From positions 33,220,429 through 33,284,428 of the forward strand of contig NC_052151.1 of the NCBI RefSeq assembly GCF_902713615.1: a stretch of 64,000 nt of DNA, read 5' to 3'. A program made the translations under genes and the position numbers. This stretch comes from Scyliorhinus canicula (Eukaryota). Positions 61,965-64,000 of the stretch are shown here, piece by piece (positions within the stretch are counted from its first letter, which is position 1; each line of letters starts with the position of its first letter). Under the pieces are notes generated by a model. The model ran no database searches. It worked only from the letters and a program-made list of their open reading frames with translations, and was not told the origin of the DNA.

Positions 61965-62125
61965 TTCCTTTCGAGGATGAAAGTCATGGGTTCAAGCCTG
62001 ACCTCAGAACTTGAGCACGTAGTCGAGGCTAACACACCAGCAGCACTGAGGCAGCACTATACAGCTGGGAGTGAGATCCCCGTCAAAGCTGCTTTTCAGG
62101 TGGATGCAAAGAAATTCATATATAC
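61965..62125 (+). mobile_element. DeuSINE-like head remnant
   Basis: GGGTTCAAGCC..CAGAACTTGAGCAC..GAGGCTAACAC. Confidence 0.45.
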
Positions 62126-62215
62126 AAATAAAAGAGGGTGAGGAAAAGGTCAAAAGGTTACCTGTTCCATGGAGTCAGTCTCATTCAGTCCTGCAACGAG
62201 ACGACATGACCCTCC

Positions 62216-62783
62216 TGTTATGGGAGAGGTGTATTCAGAACCCCAAAATGTATCATGGAGTTCAACCAACCCCCACCTTTAATGGATTGTTGCTTTTGAA
62301 GCACACGGCTTGTTCCCCAGGTGTAGTATTACAATTATGGACACGTAGTTTTTAAAACAAAACAATGTTTATTCCATGAACTCAAATTAACCTTTTAAAT
62401 AAACATTGGATCTCTTAACACCCCTTACTTCAAAGATAACCCCGAAAATAATACACTATCCAATCCTGCAAACTGTTCCTTTACACATCCAAAAGACTTA
62501 ACAAATCCTTCAAATAGAAGCACATTAGATTTACATTCAATACTGAGACCTTTTTACAATTCCGATTTCACCAAAGGATTAAGAGATAGTCCTTCATGGC
62601 AGAGATCACCAGCAATGCAGCTCACAGCCACACCCAAGCTTTCTTCAAACTGAAACTAAAACTCCCAAAAATCAGAAGTGAGCTCAGCTCCCCCCGTGAC
62701 ATTACTTCAGTAATATGATCAGCCTCATTTCTTCAAGGTACATTTCTTAAACATCCAATTCTTAAAGGCACTCTCACATGACA
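62216..62783 (-). mobile_element. Solo LTR (568 bp), probably Gypsy-type
   Basis: TGTTATG...CATGACA inverted termini, 4-bp TSD CTCC, AATAAA on the minus strand. Confidence 0.88.
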
Positions 62784-62826
62784 CTCCCAAAACTCCCCAG
62801 ACACCGGCAGCTGCATAATCTCCCGG

Positions 62827-63160
62827 AATTTGATTTGATTTATTGTCACATGTACTGAAGTACAGTGAAAAGTATTTTTCTGCGGCCAAGGAAACGTACA
62901 CAGTACGTACATAGTAGACAAAAAGAATAATCAACAGGAAACATTGACAAACGGTACATCGACAAAACAGTGATTGGTTACAGTGCGGAACAAGGGGCCA
63001 AACAAAGCAAATACATGAGCAAGAGCAGCATAGGGCATCATGAATAGTGTTCTTACAGGAAATAGATCACTCCGAGGGGGAGTCGTTGAGGAGTCTTGTA
63101 GCTGTGGGGAAGAAGCTGTTCCTATGTCTGAATGTGCGAGTCTTGAGACTTCTGTACACC
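62827..63160 (-). mobile_element. Rex1/Babar-type LINE 3' fragment
   Basis: YRSLKTRTFRHRNSFFPTATRLLN; end CTTTTCACTGTACTTCAGTACATGTGACAATAAA(TCAAA)n. Confidence 0.85.
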
Positions 63161-63161
63161 C

Positions 63162-63516
63162 TTGGTAAGATTCTGCCCTGGTCTTCAAATGATCTCCCGT
63201 CACCATCCGAAGAAGTGCAGGAGATGTTCGCCTTGATGATCCCTTCGAGGGACAATCTTTAAAACAGAAATAAGGAGGAATTTCTTCAGCCAGAGGGTGG
63301 TGAATCTGTGGAACTCTTTACCGCAGAAGGCTGTGGAGGCCAAATCACTGAGTGTCTTTAAGAAAGAGATAGATAGGTTCATGATCAATAAAGGGATCAG
63401 GAGTTGTGTGGAGAAGGCAGGAGAATGGGGATGAGAAAATATCAGCCATGATTGAATGGTGGAGCAGACTCGATGGGCCGAGTGGCCTAATTCTGCTCCT
63501 ATGTCTTATGGTCTTA
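63162..63516 (+). repeat. Right arm of the inverted repeat (TIR 63162-63178, unique 63179-63247, CR1 3' end 63248-63516)
   Basis: Reverse complement of 61051-61404. Confidence 0.93.
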
Positions 63517-64000
63517 TCCAATCTCTCTTCACAGCTAAAACTCTACAGCCCAGACAACATCCTGATAAATCACCTCTGCACCCTTTCCAGGGCTATCACA
63601 TCCTTCCTTTCATGTAGATTCCAGAACTGCGTACAATAATCTGGCCTAACCAATGTTTTATATAGTTCCATCATAACCTCCCTACTCTTAAACTCGATGC
63701 CTCAGCTAATAAAGGCAAGTATACCATATGCCTTCTTAACCACTGTATCCACTTGCTCTGCTACCTTAAGGAACTGGTATACATGCACAGCAAGATCCCT
63801 CTGGCCCTTGGTGCTTCCAGGGTCATATATTCCCTTGCCTTTTTTATTCTGCCCAAGTGCATTACCTCACACTCACCTGGATTGAATTCCAGTTGACACT
63901 AATCAGCCCATCTGACCAGCCTGTCTCCATCCTCCTGTAATCAAAGGCTATCCTCACTATTTACCACCCCATTAATTGTTGTATCGTCCTCAAACCTCAT
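63517..64000 (-). mobile_element. Old CR1 fragment (right part of the host)
   Basis: AACATCCTGATAAATC..CTGCACCCTTTCCAGG..CAGAACTG..TATGCCTTCTTAACCAC. Confidence 0.75.

Noticed and set aside
63231-63258. Hammerhead-like TTGATGA-TCCCTTCGAGGGA-C(A/G)AT at the arm junction
   Set aside because: The boxes are TTGATGA and GAT/AAT instead of CTGATGA and GAAA in both arms, and half of the stem is ordinary CR1 sequence.

Overview
Repeat-saturated vertebrate genomic DNA, almost certainly from a shark: HE1-type V-SINEs and CR1/HER1-like LINEs point to an elasmobranch, probably a catshark, which is an inference. I found no recognisable host protein-coding gene. Main contents: (1) a full-length ~6.1-kb L1 with a 13-bp TSD and one 1-bp frameshift, nested in a CR1 LINE; (2) many CR1, CR1-like, Rex1/Babar and RTE fragments; (3) about 30 SINEs whose heads and tails are mixed and matched; (4) GC-rich PIF/Harbinger-type MITEs and a Harbinger Myb/SANT remnant; (5) four solo LTRs with clean TSDs; (6) a Penelope terminal fragment with a minimal hammerhead motif; (7) five tandem arrays with 8, 20, 30, ~30 and 42-bp units. 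The most unusual structure is a 2.47-kb fold-back unit at 61051-63516. Its ~355-bp inverted arms each consist of an outward-facing CR1 3' tail, a 69-bp hairpin-forming sequence of unknown origin and a Harbinger-type TIR. All family assignments come from motif recognition by eye; no database search was run.
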